DNA of 64,000 nucleotides from Candidatus Hydrogenedentota bacterium. GTDB taxonomy: Bacteria > Hydrogenedentota > Hydrogenedentia > Hydrogenedentales > SLHB01. Below, piece after piece: positions 52,549-61,936 of the stretch (positions are counted from its first letter, which is position 1; every line of letters begins with the position of its first letter). Where the stretch lies: the NCBI GenBank assembly GCA_963745075.1, contig CAVUWV010000032.1, positions 64,001-128,000 on the forward strand. The letters run 5' to 3'. A program made the translations under genes and the position numbers. Under the pieces are notes generated by a model. The model saw only the letters and a list, made by a program, of their open reading frames with translations. It was not told where the DNA came from and ran no database searches.

Positions 52549-53603
52549 ACCGTCTCTCCGGATTTCTCGGGTACGCCCACGGGCCGGCCCTGTTGCTCCA
52601 TCACGTCCTTGTCGTGCAACCAGCATGCGGCTTGATGATTCGCCACAATCGCGTCGAGCGACGGCTCCCGCCGTGGGCACACGTCCATGACGTGCGGGCA
52701 TCGCGGATGAAACCGGCATCCGGAGGGGAAATTGGTTGCGGCGGGCACGTTGCCGCGGATGGTGTACAACCGTTCGCGATCCTGGTGAACGCTCGGCAGC
52801 GACTCGAACAACCCGATGGTGTAGGGATGTTTCGGCGCACCGAACAGGTCGCGCACCGGGGCGTGCTCGACAATCTTGCCGGCATACATAATCGCGACAT
52901 CTTCTGCGGTCTCGGCAACGATCCCGAGGTCGTGCGTGATGAGCAGCATCGCCATACCCGTTTCCGCTTGCAGTTGCTGCAACAGTTCGAGAATCTGCGC
53001 CTGGATGGTCACGTCCAACGCGGTAGTCGGTTCGTCCGCAATCAGCAGGCGTGGCCCGCACGCCAGCGCCATGGCAATCATGACCCGCTGCCGCATGCCG
53101 CCCGACATCTGGTGCGGATAATCGTCCACGCGATCCTCGGGTGACGGAATCCCGACCTTGCTGAGCAACTCGATGGTCTGGTCGCGCGCTTCCTTCTTCG
53201 AAACCTTCTTGTGCACGCGAATCGCCGAACCGATTTGGCTGCCCACGCGGAACACGGGATTCAGCGAGGTCATCGGCTCCTGGAAGATCATCGAGATCTC
53301 GTTGCCGCGCAGCCCGCGCATCTGTTTCTCCGTGAGTTTCATGACATCCTGCCCGTCCAGCAGGATTTCGCCATCCACGTAACGGCCCGGCGGCTGGGGA
53401 ATGAGCCGCATCGCGGACAGTGCGGTCACGCTCTTGCCGCACCCACTTTCGCCAACGAGAGCTACCGTCTTGCCCGCGGGGATGTCCAACGACACGCCAT
53501 CGACCGCGTGGGCCTCGCCGAGTTCCGTCTTGAACCACGTCTTGAGATTGCGGATGCGCAGAACTGATCGGGTGGTGTCACTCTTGCCAGAAACCACAGA
53601 CAA
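52545..53603 (-). CDS. oppD: Oligopeptide/dipeptide ABC transporter ATPase (OppD/DppD)
   Basis: [42 protein letters not shown]. Confidence 0.93.
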   Translation of the reverse strand: MSVVSGKSDTTRSVLRIRNLKTWFKTELGEAHAVDGVSLDIPAGKTVALVGESGCGKSVTALSAMRLIPQPPGRYVDGEILLDGQDVMKLTEKQMRGLRGNEISMIFQEPMTSLNPVFRVGSQIGSAIRVHKKVSKKEARDQTIELLSKVGIPSPEDRVDDYPHQMSGGMRQRVMIAMALACGPRLLIADEPTTALDVTIQAQILELLQQLQAETGMAMLLITHDLGIVAETAEDVAIMYAGKIVEHAPVRDLFGAPKHPYTIGLFESLPSVHQDRERLYTIRGNVPAATNFPSGCRFHPRCPHVMDVCPRREPSLDAIVANHQAACWLHDKDVMEQQGRPVGVPEKSGETV

Positions 53604-53632
53604 ATGAGCACTCCATCGTTAGTTTCGAATCC

Positions 53633-53720
53633 TCGAATTCGTATTCATATTCGAAATCGGGATCGGGATCGAAATCGATTTCGATCCCGATCCCGATTTC
53701 GATCCCGATTTCGATTTTGA
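53633..53720. repeat. Head-to-head hexamer arrays containing a perfect 52-bp palindrome (53651-53702)
   Basis: TCGAAATCGGGATCGGGATCGAAATCGATTTCGATCCCGATCCCGATTTCGA is its own reverse complement. TCG recurs every 6 nt on the left, CGA every 6 nt on the right. Confidence 0.9.
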
Positions 53721-53764
53721 CGAATAGCAGAACGCATTCTCACTGGCCGCTAGGATACCCATCG

Positions 53765-54811
53765 TCACATCCTCAGCCGCGGGTCCATGGCGTCCCGCAG
53801 TCCTTCGCCGACAAGATTGAACGCGGTCACGGTGAGAAAGATCGCCGCGCCCGGGAAGGTCACGAGCCACCACGCGCCCCGATACAGGTAATTCTGCGAT
53901 TGCGCCAACAGTTCGCCCCAGCTTGCCGTGGGCGGCGGTACGCCAAACCCCAGAAAGCTCAGGCCGGTCTCGGTGAGAATCGCCGAAGCCACCCCGAAGG
54001 TCGCCGCGACCAGCACGGGCGACAAGGCATTCGGCAAAATGTGCCGGAAAATGATGCGCAAATCTTTCAAACCCGACGCGCGCGCGGCCATGGCAAATTC
54101 GCTATCGCGCAGTTTCAGGAACTCGCCGCGGACCAGCCGGGCGGAACTCGTCCACCCGAAAAGGCCAAGCACGATCATCACGTTGTAGACATTCGGGGGG
54201 AGAAAGGCCATCACCGCCAGAATCAGGAAAAACACGGGGAAACATAACACAATTTCGATGATGCGCAGCACGATCGCGTCGACTAAGCCGCCGTAGAATC
54301 CCGCCATCGAGCCGAGGATGACGCCGATGAAGATGGCGATTCCCGTGGCCACAAATCCGACGGTCATGGAGATCCGCGTGCCCCAGATCACGCGGCTGAG
54401 CACGTCGCGCCCGCGATCGTCCGTACCCATCCAGTGCTTGTTATCCGGCTTCCCAACGCGATTGTACAGATCGGATCGTTCCGGGGCGTAGGGGATCAAT
54501 GGACGGATGGCGCTTTCTCCCTGTCCCGGTTCCCAGCTTCTCCAATCAACCGAGACCAACGTCTTGTATTTGATGACGTTCGGGAGCCAGTAAGCCTTGC
54601 CCTGATATACACAGTAAATCGGCACTTCACCCGCGAGGAACGGCGCGGAAATCGCGATAAGTCCCAGCAACAGCAAGAGCACTAGCGAAACCACCGCCTG
54701 CTTCCGCTTGCGGAATTGCCGCGCAACCAGCCGCCAATAGCCTTCCTTCCGCCGTTTCTTCGGAAGCTGCAACGGCTCCGGCACTTCTTTCATATCCATC
54801 GCCGCGTTCAC
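53765..54811 (-). CDS. oppC: Peptide ABC transporter permease (OppC/DppC)
   Basis: MGTDDRGRDVLSR, ARLVRGE, AARASG, RHILPN, SWGELL, GEGLRDAMDP. Confidence 0.92.
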   Translation of the reverse strand: MNAAMDMKEVPEPLQLPKKRRKEGYWRLVARQFRKRKQAVVSLVLLLLLGLIAISAPFLAGEVPIYCVYQGKAYWLPNVIKYKTLVSVDWRSWEPGQGESAIRPLIPYAPERSDLYNRVGKPDNKHWMGTDDRGRDVLSRVIWGTRISMTVGFVATGIAIFIGVILGSMAGFYGGLVDAIVLRIIEIVLCFPVFFLILAVMAFLPPNVYNVMIVLGLFGWTSSARLVRGEFLKLRDSEFAMAARASGLKDLRIIFRHILPNALSPVLVAATFGVASAILTETGLSFLGFGVPPPTASWGELLAQSQNYLYRGAWWLVTFPGAAIFLTVTAFNLVGEGLRDAMDPRLRM

Positions 54812-55803
54812 TCGAATCGAATCCTCGGGTCGGTCAGCGCATACAGTATGTCCGAGATAATGAGACCCACCAGCGTCAGCAAGGCGGAGATAGCGAGGAT
54901 ACCCATGACCAGCGGGTAATCGCGCGACAGAATGGCTTCAAACCCCAGCCGGCCCATCCCGGGAATCGAAAAAATCTGCTCGATGATCACGCTGCCGCCC
55001 AGCAGCGCCGGCAACAACGTACCGAGCAACGTGATGATCGGAATCAGCGAATTGCGGAATGCGTATTTGAAAATGACAACCTTGTTCGAAAAGCCGTAGG
55101 CCTTCGCAGTACGAATGTAGTCCTGCCGGATGACGTCAATCATGCCCGATCGCGCGTACCGCGAGATGTATGCAAAGCCCGCGTACGTCAAACAAAACGT
55201 CGGCAATACCAGATGCCACAACCGATCCCCCAACCACGGCCAAAACGTCATCTCGCTCGCACCCAGCGAATTGATCCCGTAGATGGGAAACCAATTCAGG
55301 TACTGGCCCCCGCCCAGAAAGAACATTAGGAGCATGGCCACCCAGAAACTGGGCAGACTGTATAAAAGGAACAAGATGAAGGTCGTGACGGAATCTGCCA
55401 ACGAGCCTTGTTTCACCGCGCTGAACACACCTAATGGAACGGAGAGCACGTAGATGAAGAACAACGAAAGGATGTTGATCTGGAGAGTAATTGGCAAGGC
55501 TTCGCCGATCTTCTCGAGAACCGGGCGCCGGTCTTTGTAGGACCTGCCGAAGTCGAAGGTAACCAGACGTTTCAACCACAAGACATATTGCACGGGAATC
55601 GGTTTGTCGAGACCGTACAAGGCCTTCGTCTGTTGAATGATTTCGTCGGGCACGCTTTCGGATCCCATGGCGCCCTGCATCTTCATCAGACGCATGCTCA
55701 CCGGGTTCCCCGGCGCAAGCTGGATGACGGCGAAACTCAGCGCACTGATGCCGAGGAAGGTCGGAATCAGCAGCAGAAACCGCCGAATAAGATAGGCTTT
55801 CAT
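54808..55803 (-). CDS. oppB: Peptide ABC transporter permease (OppB/DppB)
   Basis: MKAYLIRR, GLDKP, DFGRSY, DYIRTAKAYG, IEQIFSIPGMG, RDYP. Confidence 0.92.
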   Translation of the reverse strand: MKAYLIRRFLLLIPTFLGISALSFAVIQLAPGNPVSMRLMKMQGAMGSESVPDEIIQQTKALYGLDKPIPVQYVLWLKRLVTFDFGRSYKDRRPVLEKIGEALPITLQINILSLFFIYVLSVPLGVFSAVKQGSLADSVTTFILFLLYSLPSFWVAMLLMFFLGGGQYLNWFPIYGINSLGASEMTFWPWLGDRLWHLVLPTFCLTYAGFAYISRYARSGMIDVIRQDYIRTAKAYGFSNKVVIFKYAFRNSLIPIITLLGTLLPALLGGSVIIEQIFSIPGMGRLGFEAILSRDYPLVMGILAISALLTLVGLIISDILYALTDPRIRFE

Positions 55804-55919
55804 ACGAACGCGCTCCTTGGCGCGGAATGCGTGGTCGAATGGGTATGGATTGTCTGTGCTGGACCTTTGGTCCTGCGACGCAAATGGCAATCAAGGGTCC
55901 GGTCAATGACGTTTGGAAT

Positions 55920-56012
55920 AAGATGGATTCCCGCGTTCGCGGGAATCACGGACTCTCGCAAAGCTGGTCGCAAACCCACGCCGTCATCCCCGCGAACGCA
56001 GGAACCCATCTT
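55920..56012. repeat. Inverted pair of REP-like palindromes (GATTCCCGCGTTCGCGGGAAT family)
   Basis: 55920-55951 and the reverse complement of 55981-56012 are near-identical. A third copy is at 27690. Confidence 0.82.
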
Positions 56013-56078
56013 CCACTTCTCAGGATAGGCTGCGACCATCGTTAGCGTCTGATTCTTGTCGTGCCAATGCGGCCCGGG

Positions 56079-57797
56079 TTAGTGATACCGCTGCTTGTCT
56101 TTCGGCACCCACCACTCCGTCGTGTCCAGACCCAGGCGGTATACCTTCACCCCATGGTACCGTTTGTCGACGGCAGCCAGGGCTTGGAGACTCCACAAGA
56201 AGGTATAAGGTTGATCCTCATGCAGGATGGCCTGGAACTGATGGAACAGGGGAATGCGCTTCTGCCGGTCGAATTCGACCCGGATCTCTTCGAGAATCTT
56301 GTCCACCTGAGGGTTTTTGTAACCCGGATAGTTCGAGCCGTGCTCGGTTTGTGACGAATGCCAGACCTGATAGGGATCGCTGTCTGGAGGAATCGCCCAA
56401 CGCATCGTATATGCGTCGAATTCCCGCTTTGTAACGTTATCAATAAATGCCGCCCATTCGATGGTGCGAATGTTCATCTCAATGCCGGCCCGCTTCAACT
56501 CTTCCTGGTACACCGTGGCCATGGTCTGGAGCTCGTTGTTGCCGGGAGGGAACATCAGTTCAAAGGTAAACGGCTGCCCGTCCTTGTCCCGAACCCCGTC
56601 GGAATCGCTGTCCACCCAACCCGCTTCATCGAGCAGAGCCTTGGCGGCCTCGGGATCGAAGGGCCACGGCTTGATGGATTTATCGTATTCCGGACTGTTC
56701 AAATCGTTCGGGCCGGTGATCACCTTTCCCAACCCGTAGTACACCGTTTCGAGAATCTCCTCGCGGTTCAGCAGCATGGTCAGTGCCTGGCGGACGCGCT
56801 TGTCGGCGAATTGCGGTTTGCGCAAGTTCCATCCGATGTACGAGTAACTCGCGGCGTAGCCCGAGGTGCCCCAATACTTGTACTTGTTGAATTCCGACTC
56901 GAACTGCGGGGTGAGCGTGCGGTTCATCCATTGCTCGGGGGTCAGCCCCATCACGTCGAGTTCCTTCCGCTCCAGGACTTGAAAGGCGGCGTTGTCGTCG
57001 CTGATAAACTTGTAGACCAGTTTGTCCGGATGGCCGACGCGGGTTGGATCCCAGAAATTCTCGTTGCGCTTGAGCACGATCTGCTGGTTGGTTTGCCAGG
57101 AATCAAACACGTACGGTCCGGATCCAACCGGGCTTCGATTGTTTTCGCTCGTATTAAAGTCACCCTTTCCGTAAATGTGCTCGGGATAGACGGGCATGCC
57201 GGACAACATTACGATGTGCCGGAAATACGGTTTGCTGCACGTAAACCGAATCGTGTAGTCGTCGAGCAACTCCACGTTGGTCACGTCCTGGAAGTAATTG
57301 CGAAGATCGGCAGTCTCGTTCTCGGGATTCTGGATGGTGTCGAAGGTAAACTTCACGTCTTTGGCTGTGACGGGCGTCCCATCGGAGAACTTGGCGTCTT
57401 TCCGCATGTGGAACGTGTACGTGAGATGATCGTCGGAAATTTCGTATTCATCCGCGAGCATCGGCTTCAATTCGAAGGTGTCCTTGTCCATGTCCAGCAG
57501 CGATTCGAAGATGTTCGCTGTTACGCGCGCCGTATAGGCATCAGCGGTGTCCAGCAGCGGGTTAAGATGCTGTGGCTCGACGGGATAGCGCTGGACCACC
57601 CAATCGCCATTGACGGGTTTACCTTCATCGACCGGCGTCGCGTTCGCTTCCGGCTCAGTACTCGCTTCGGTGCCGGCGTTTTGGCCGGATTCCGACGGTG
57701 TTGCTGCTGGCTCGGACGAGCCGCCGCAACCCGCAAGGACAATCACCAGAACCAAAAGCAACGAAAAGAGCGGGGAAAAGACACGTCGTACGATCAT
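56079..57797 (-). CDS. oppA: Peptide ABC transporter substrate-binding lipoprotein (SBP family 5)
   Basis: LAGC lipobox, FSDGTPVTAKDVKFT, PVGSGPY, DKRVRQAL, AKALLDEAGW. Confidence 0.92.
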   Translation of the reverse strand: MIVRRVFSPLFSLLLVLVIVLAGCGGSSEPAATPSESGQNAGTEASTEPEANATPVDEGKPVNGDWVVQRYPVEPQHLNPLLDTADAYTARVTANIFESLLDMDKDTFELKPMLADEYEISDDHLTYTFHMRKDAKFSDGTPVTAKDVKFTFDTIQNPENETADLRNYFQDVTNVELLDDYTIRFTCSKPYFRHIVMLSGMPVYPEHIYGKGDFNTSENNRSPVGSGPYVFDSWQTNQQIVLKRNENFWDPTRVGHPDKLVYKFISDDNAAFQVLERKELDVMGLTPEQWMNRTLTPQFESEFNKYKYWGTSGYAASYSYIGWNLRKPQFADKRVRQALTMLLNREEILETVYYGLGKVITGPNDLNSPEYDKSIKPWPFDPEAAKALLDEAGWVDSDSDGVRDKDGQPFTFELMFPPGNNELQTMATVYQEELKRAGIEMNIRTIEWAAFIDNVTKREFDAYTMRWAIPPDSDPYQVWHSSQTEHGSNYPGYKNPQVDKILEEIRVEFDRQKRIPLFHQFQAILHEDQPYTFLWSLQALAAVDKRYHGVKVYRLGLDTTEWWVPKDKQRYH

Positions 57798-58007
57798 GAT
57801 GTACTCCGTCGTTTGAACGATTTCGGGTCCGTAGGATCGGCAAAAAAAGCGCCAAGTCGAGCGGTCATCCTAACATAAAGGTAGCCGGGTGCGAAAAATG
57901 CCGACCGTGGCCCGCGCGAACCGCGTGCCCATTCAGAACGTACCGGGGTAGGAGTACATTCCGGGGAGGGCAAACTTTGAGTCAGGGGACTGCACGCAAT
58001 AGGACGG

Positions 58008-58298
58008 ATGGGACCCATGGGACGTATATATAGCCGTCTTCTCGCGCTGACGTTGCTTTCGTTGCCGCTCAACGCGCTGGTCTGGTTTGAGTTGGCTTCG
58101 AATTGGCGCATGTTTCATCCGCCGGTGTATCTCCTATTGCCAGCGATGGGTGTTTTAGCGATCCTGACGGGGGTGTGGTTTCTCGCGACGGCTCGAACGG
58201 CCACCACCAGCGGGTCGCTGTCAGCTATCGGGTGTATCGCCGCGGGCGGATTGCACGTTTTGCTGTTCCTTCTGATTCTTCATCGCCCTATGATTTGA
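58008..58298 (+). CDS. Small hypothetical membrane protein (3 TM)
   Basis: 96-aa hydrophobic ORF filling the gap. The start is uncertain because it begins within a GGAC repeat array. Confidence 0.45.
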   Translation: MGPMGRIYSRLLALTLLSLPLNALVWFELASNWRMFHPPVYLLLPAMGVLAILTGVWFLATARTATTSGSLSAIGCIAAGGLHVLLFLLILHRPMI

Positions 58299-58303
58299 CC
58301 GCT

Positions 58304-59284
58304 TTACGCCCCAATCGGCGGCCCCACAAACTCGATTCCATGCTTCGCTGCCACCGCTTCCACCGCCGGGATTTCAGGCGGACCCGCCGCGCAGAGTTGG
58401 TCCACGTCACGGAAGAACGCCTCGTATCCGCCCGGTGTGGTCAGGACAAGCAAGCGGCCCGGAGAATCGCCAATCCGGGCGTAGGTGTGGGCCACGCCGC
58501 GCGGGAAGAAGGCAAAATCGCCGGGCGACACGTCCCGCAACGTATCGCCCACCCGGATGCGGTAGTCGCCTTCCAATACGAACATGCTTTCGTCTTCCTC
58601 GCGGTGGATGTGCAACGGCGGACCAGCAAGTTTCGGGTCCTCGGTGATGAATGCAGAAAGGACACCACCGGTTTGCTCGGCGGCCAGTTTCACGGTGGTG
58701 GGAATGCCGATGACATTGAGGCAATCGCCCTCGCCCGCTGCGGAGATTGCCGCCTTCAACCCCGGTTGCTCGTTGGACGGATGCCCCGCGACCGACGCAC
58801 CCGGCGGGAGAAATTCGAGACCGAAATCCGCCCCCGCCGCGATAAACTGTTCCATATCCGGCATGGTGACCGGCTCCGGTTCCAGTCCCAGATGTTCCGC
58901 CGGGCGGCTGAAAGCATTGAAATAGGTCTCCAAGCCGCCGGGGAGTACGCCAATCAGCAACCGGACCTGCCCGTCCAGCGGTTCGAAAGTGTGGGCGCGG
59001 TCCCGGGGAAGAAAGGCAATCGTCCCAGGCCCGTACTCCGCTTCCACGGCACCCGCTATGAAGCGGACCCGCCCTTCCACCACGCAAAAGAACTCATCCT
59101 CCCGCGTGTGCAAGTGGGGCGGCGGCCCGTAGCCTTCGCGGTAGATGGAATCGATCAGCGTGAACGTATTGGCCGTTTGGGCGGGGACCGCGAGGCTCGC
59201 GTGGAGATTCCCGAGGAACCAGGTCGCGTTCGCCAAAGACCGGCTATTGAAATGGATGTCTTCAAGGGTCGCATTGTTGCCCAT
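58304..59284 (-). CDS. Bicupin, quercetin 2,3-dioxygenase (QdoI/YxaG)-like
   Basis: Two cupin domains, GPPPHLHTREDE...PRDRAHTF and GPPLHIHREEDE...PRGVAHTY. Confidence 0.8.
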   Translation of the reverse strand: MGNNATLEDIHFNSRSLANATWFLGNLHASLAVPAQTANTFTLIDSIYREGYGPPPHLHTREDEFFCVVEGRVRFIAGAVEAEYGPGTIAFLPRDRAHTFEPLDGQVRLLIGVLPGGLETYFNAFSRPAEHLGLEPEPVTMPDMEQFIAAGADFGLEFLPPGASVAGHPSNEQPGLKAAISAAGEGDCLNVIGIPTTVKLAAEQTGGVLSAFITEDPKLAGPPLHIHREEDESMFVLEGDYRIRVGDTLRDVSPGDFAFFPRGVAHTYARIGDSPGRLLVLTTPGGYEAFFRDVDQLCAAGPPEIPAVEAVAAKHGIEFVGPPIGA

Positions 59285-59685
59285 ACCAGGACCTTTCTCG
59301 GCTGTATGCAACGAATGGAGTTGTTGCCGTAGTGTCGCGCTGACCGATCGCGGCAACAACCCTCCTTCGAATAAGATAGTGAAGCAACTACTTACAACGT
59401 TGGCCTTGCAGTCTCCGGAAATCGCGCGGTCGGCGACCGCGCGAGTACGAAACCATCTCCGGAAGCGGCGCATTGTCCGCGAGAACGTGGACGGATTTCA
59501 AGCGGGAATCTTTGCTGCGAGGCCGGGGAAATGACCGGCGCCGGATTCGTGCATCGCCACCCGTTTGGCGTGCATAATAGGAGTGTCTTTGCGCAGGACG
59601 AACCCAGTGCGAAATAACCGGTTGCCCCCCGTTCGTTTCCTTTAGTGAAAGGGACTGCGACGAAGGGCGTAAGCCAATATACACC

Positions 59686-60813
59686 ATGGACTTGGAATTA
59701 AACACAGGACTGGAATCGTGGCCCGCTGAACGGGTCCACCGCGAGATTCACCGCGCGGATCCCGGCGACGTGGACCGTGCGCTCACGCGTGACGAACGTA
59801 CGCCGGGGGACCTCTGCGCGCTCCTCTCGCCCCATGCCGTCCCGCGGCTCGAAGACATGGCCCGGGAGGCCCAACGCCTGACGCGGTGGCACTTTGGGCG
59901 TACCATCAGCATGTACGTGCCCCTCTACATCTCCAACGTCTGCGGCGCGGATTGCACGTATTGCGGATACGCCGTCCGCTCCGGCAACAAGGAAAAGCGG
60001 CGCACCCTGACCGATGCCGAGATCCGGCGTGAGTGCGAAGCGTTGGCATCCGAGGGGTTCCAAAGCGTGCTGCTGCTCACCGGCGAAGCCCGGCGCGCCG
60101 TGCCGCCGGGCATGATTGCTAATGCCGTCTCCATCGCGCGCGAGTATTTCCCTTCCGTGGCAGTCGAGGTATACTCGCTGGACCAATCCGACTACGAAGA
60201 GCTGTACCGGCGCGGTGCCGACGGCGTCACCATCTACATGGAAACCTACGATCGCGAGACCTACGGCCGGGTCCACCTCATCGGCGAAAAGATGGACTAT
60301 GAGTACCGTCTGGGCGCCAGTGAGCGAGCGGGCCACGCGGGGATCCGGCGGCTAAGCGTCGGTGCGCTGCTCGGCCTGTATGACTGGCGGGCCGACAGCT
60401 TTTGGACGGCGCTGCATGCACGTCATTTGCAGCGTGCGTGTTGGCAGAGTTCGGTCTCGATCTCGTTTCCGCGGCTGCAGCATGTGCCGGAGCGTTTCCA
60501 TATCCCCGCGTTGGTCACGGACAAGGAACTGGTTCAACTGATGCTCGCGCTGCGGTTGTTCCTCCCCGAAGCGGGGTTTAATCTGTCGACCCGGGAGCGT
60601 CCGTTGTTCCGGGACAAGCTGATCCCCCTCGGCGTTACCACCATGAGTGCAGGTTCGTCGACGCGGCCCGGCGGGTACACCACCTACGGCGAGGAGACGC
60701 TTGAACAATTCGAGATCGAAGACACCCGGCCGGTAAAGGAAGTGGCGGACGCCATCCGCCGCGCCGGTTACGAACCGGTCTGGAAGGATTACGACCACGC
60801 ATTCGACAGTTGA
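59686..60813 (+). CDS. thiH: 2-iminoacetate synthase (radical SAM)
   Basis: YVPLYISNVCGADCTYCGY, LLLTGE, YMETY, SISFPRL, LSTRE, MSAGSSTRPGGY, EQFEIED, EPVWKD. Confidence 0.93.
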   Translation: MDLELNTGLESWPAERVHREIHRADPGDVDRALTRDERTPGDLCALLSPHAVPRLEDMAREAQRLTRWHFGRTISMYVPLYISNVCGADCTYCGYAVRSGNKEKRRTLTDAEIRRECEALASEGFQSVLLLTGEARRAVPPGMIANAVSIAREYFPSVAVEVYSLDQSDYEELYRRGADGVTIYMETYDRETYGRVHLIGEKMDYEYRLGASERAGHAGIRRLSVGALLGLYDWRADSFWTALHARHLQRACWQSSVSISFPRLQHVPERFHIPALVTDKELVQLMLALRLFLPEAGFNLSTRERPLFRDKLIPLGVTTMSAGSSTRPGGYTTYGEETLEQFEIEDTRPVKEVADAIRRAGYEPVWKDYDHAFDS

Positions 60814-60819
60814 GAGAAA

Positions 60820-60985
60820 GAACATCCCCCTCGCTCCCCCTTCAAAGGGGGAACTAATGGCAACGCTTTGCGTTGCGTTTTGGATGAGGCAGAGACCACG
60901 ACTCGCGGGATGGGGAAGAGTGCATCTTCCCATTGACTGGATTGGTCACATTTCCCCCTTTGAAGGGGGATCAAGGGGGATGTTC
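60820..60985. repeat. Inverted pair of CCCCCTT/AAGGGGG REP-like elements between thiH and thiS
   Basis: 60820-60853 (reverse) and 60952-60985 match each other and 26240-26273. Confidence 0.82.
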
Positions 60986-61050
60986 AGTCGCTGGATGTAC
61001 TGGACTTGGTACCATCGATTCTGCTCAAAATGTGGAGAGCTACATATCCC

Positions 61051-61251
61051 ATGAACATCACCATTAACGGCGAGACAAAACAAATCCCGGACGGCTCGAC
61101 CGTGGCCGCCCTGCTGAAGGAACTCGGACTCGATCCACAAGCGACCGTCGTCGAGCGAAATGCAGATATCCTTGAGCGCGCGAAGTATCCCGACACGGCC
61201 CTCGCGAATGGAGACGCGCTTGAACTGGTCCGGTTTGTCGGAGGCGGCTGA
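61051..61251 (+). CDS. thiS: Sulfur carrier protein ThiS
   Basis: MNITINGE...VVERN...GDALELVRFVGGG with C-terminal GG. GGAG RBS. Confidence 0.95.
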   Translation: MNITINGETKQIPDGSTVAALLKELGLDPQATVVERNADILERAKYPDTALANGDALELVRFVGGG

Positions 61252-61916
61252 TGACGCTCGCTCAACGGATGGTGCGGTTTGAAGACACCGACCTCTACGT
61301 CGTGATTACGGAACGGTTCTGCGGGGGTCGGTCCCCGCTTGCCGTGTTGGACGCCGTGCTGGAAGCGGGTGTCCGCCTCGTTCAGTTCCGCGAGAAGGAT
61401 ATCGAGGGGCGCGACCTGTTCGAGCGCGCATTGAAATTCCGGGAACGCACGCGCGAGGCGGGGGCATTACTCATCGTGGATGACCGCGTGGACATCGCGG
61501 TCGCCGTGGATGCTGACGGCGTGCATCTCGGCGAATTCGACCTGCCCATAGACGTTGCTCGCCGCGTCGCGCCGGAGCTCATCGTCGGTGCTTCGTCCCA
61601 TAACCTCGATGAAGCCCTTGCTGCGCAAAAGGCTGGCGCGGGCTACGTCAACATCGGCCCCATTTTCTCAACCCAGACCAAGTCCGTGCCTACCGGTGCC
61701 GTCGGACCCGAGATGATCGACCGCATCGCACCCCATCTCACCATCCCCTGGACCACCATGGGCGGCATCAAACGTCACAACATCGACCAAGTCCTCCAAC
61801 ATGGCGCAAGACGCGTCGCGGTTGTCACGGCAGTAACGGAAGCCAAGGACGTGCGCGCCGCCGCCACGGAGTTCCGCCAAGCCATCCTGGAAAGCCGATC
61901 GGGGACCGTCGCGTAG
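61251..61916 (+). CDS. thiE: Thiamine-phosphate synthase
   Basis: LYVVI, VQFREK, DDRVDIA, DGVHLG, GASSH, GPIFSTQTK, GGI. Confidence 0.93.
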   Translation: MTLAQRMVRFEDTDLYVVITERFCGGRSPLAVLDAVLEAGVRLVQFREKDIEGRDLFERALKFRERTREAGALLIVDDRVDIAVAVDADGVHLGEFDLPIDVARRVAPELIVGASSHNLDEALAAQKAGAGYVNIGPIFSTQTKSVPTGAVGPEMIDRIAPHLTIPWTTMGGIKRHNIDQVLQHGARRVAVVTAVTEAKDVRAAATEFRQAILESRSGTVA

Positions 61917-61936
61917 GCCGAACCGGACGCGTTCGG

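Noticed and set aside
52549..53538. Long N-terminal extension of OppF (659-aa ORF)
   Set aside because: It overlaps oppD in another frame. The real start is ATG 52548, coupled to the oppD stop.
53619..53873. ORF with SKSKSGSKSG/ISIPIPIS repeats, or a CRISPR array
   Set aside because: It is the translation of the hexamer palindrome. There are no 23-47 bp repeats with unique spacers.
56358..57878. Long antisense ORFs (also 19161-20690, 36265-37521, 48951-50183, 58103-59332)
   Set aside because: Shadow ORFs opposite well-supported genes, expected at high GC content, with no motifs.
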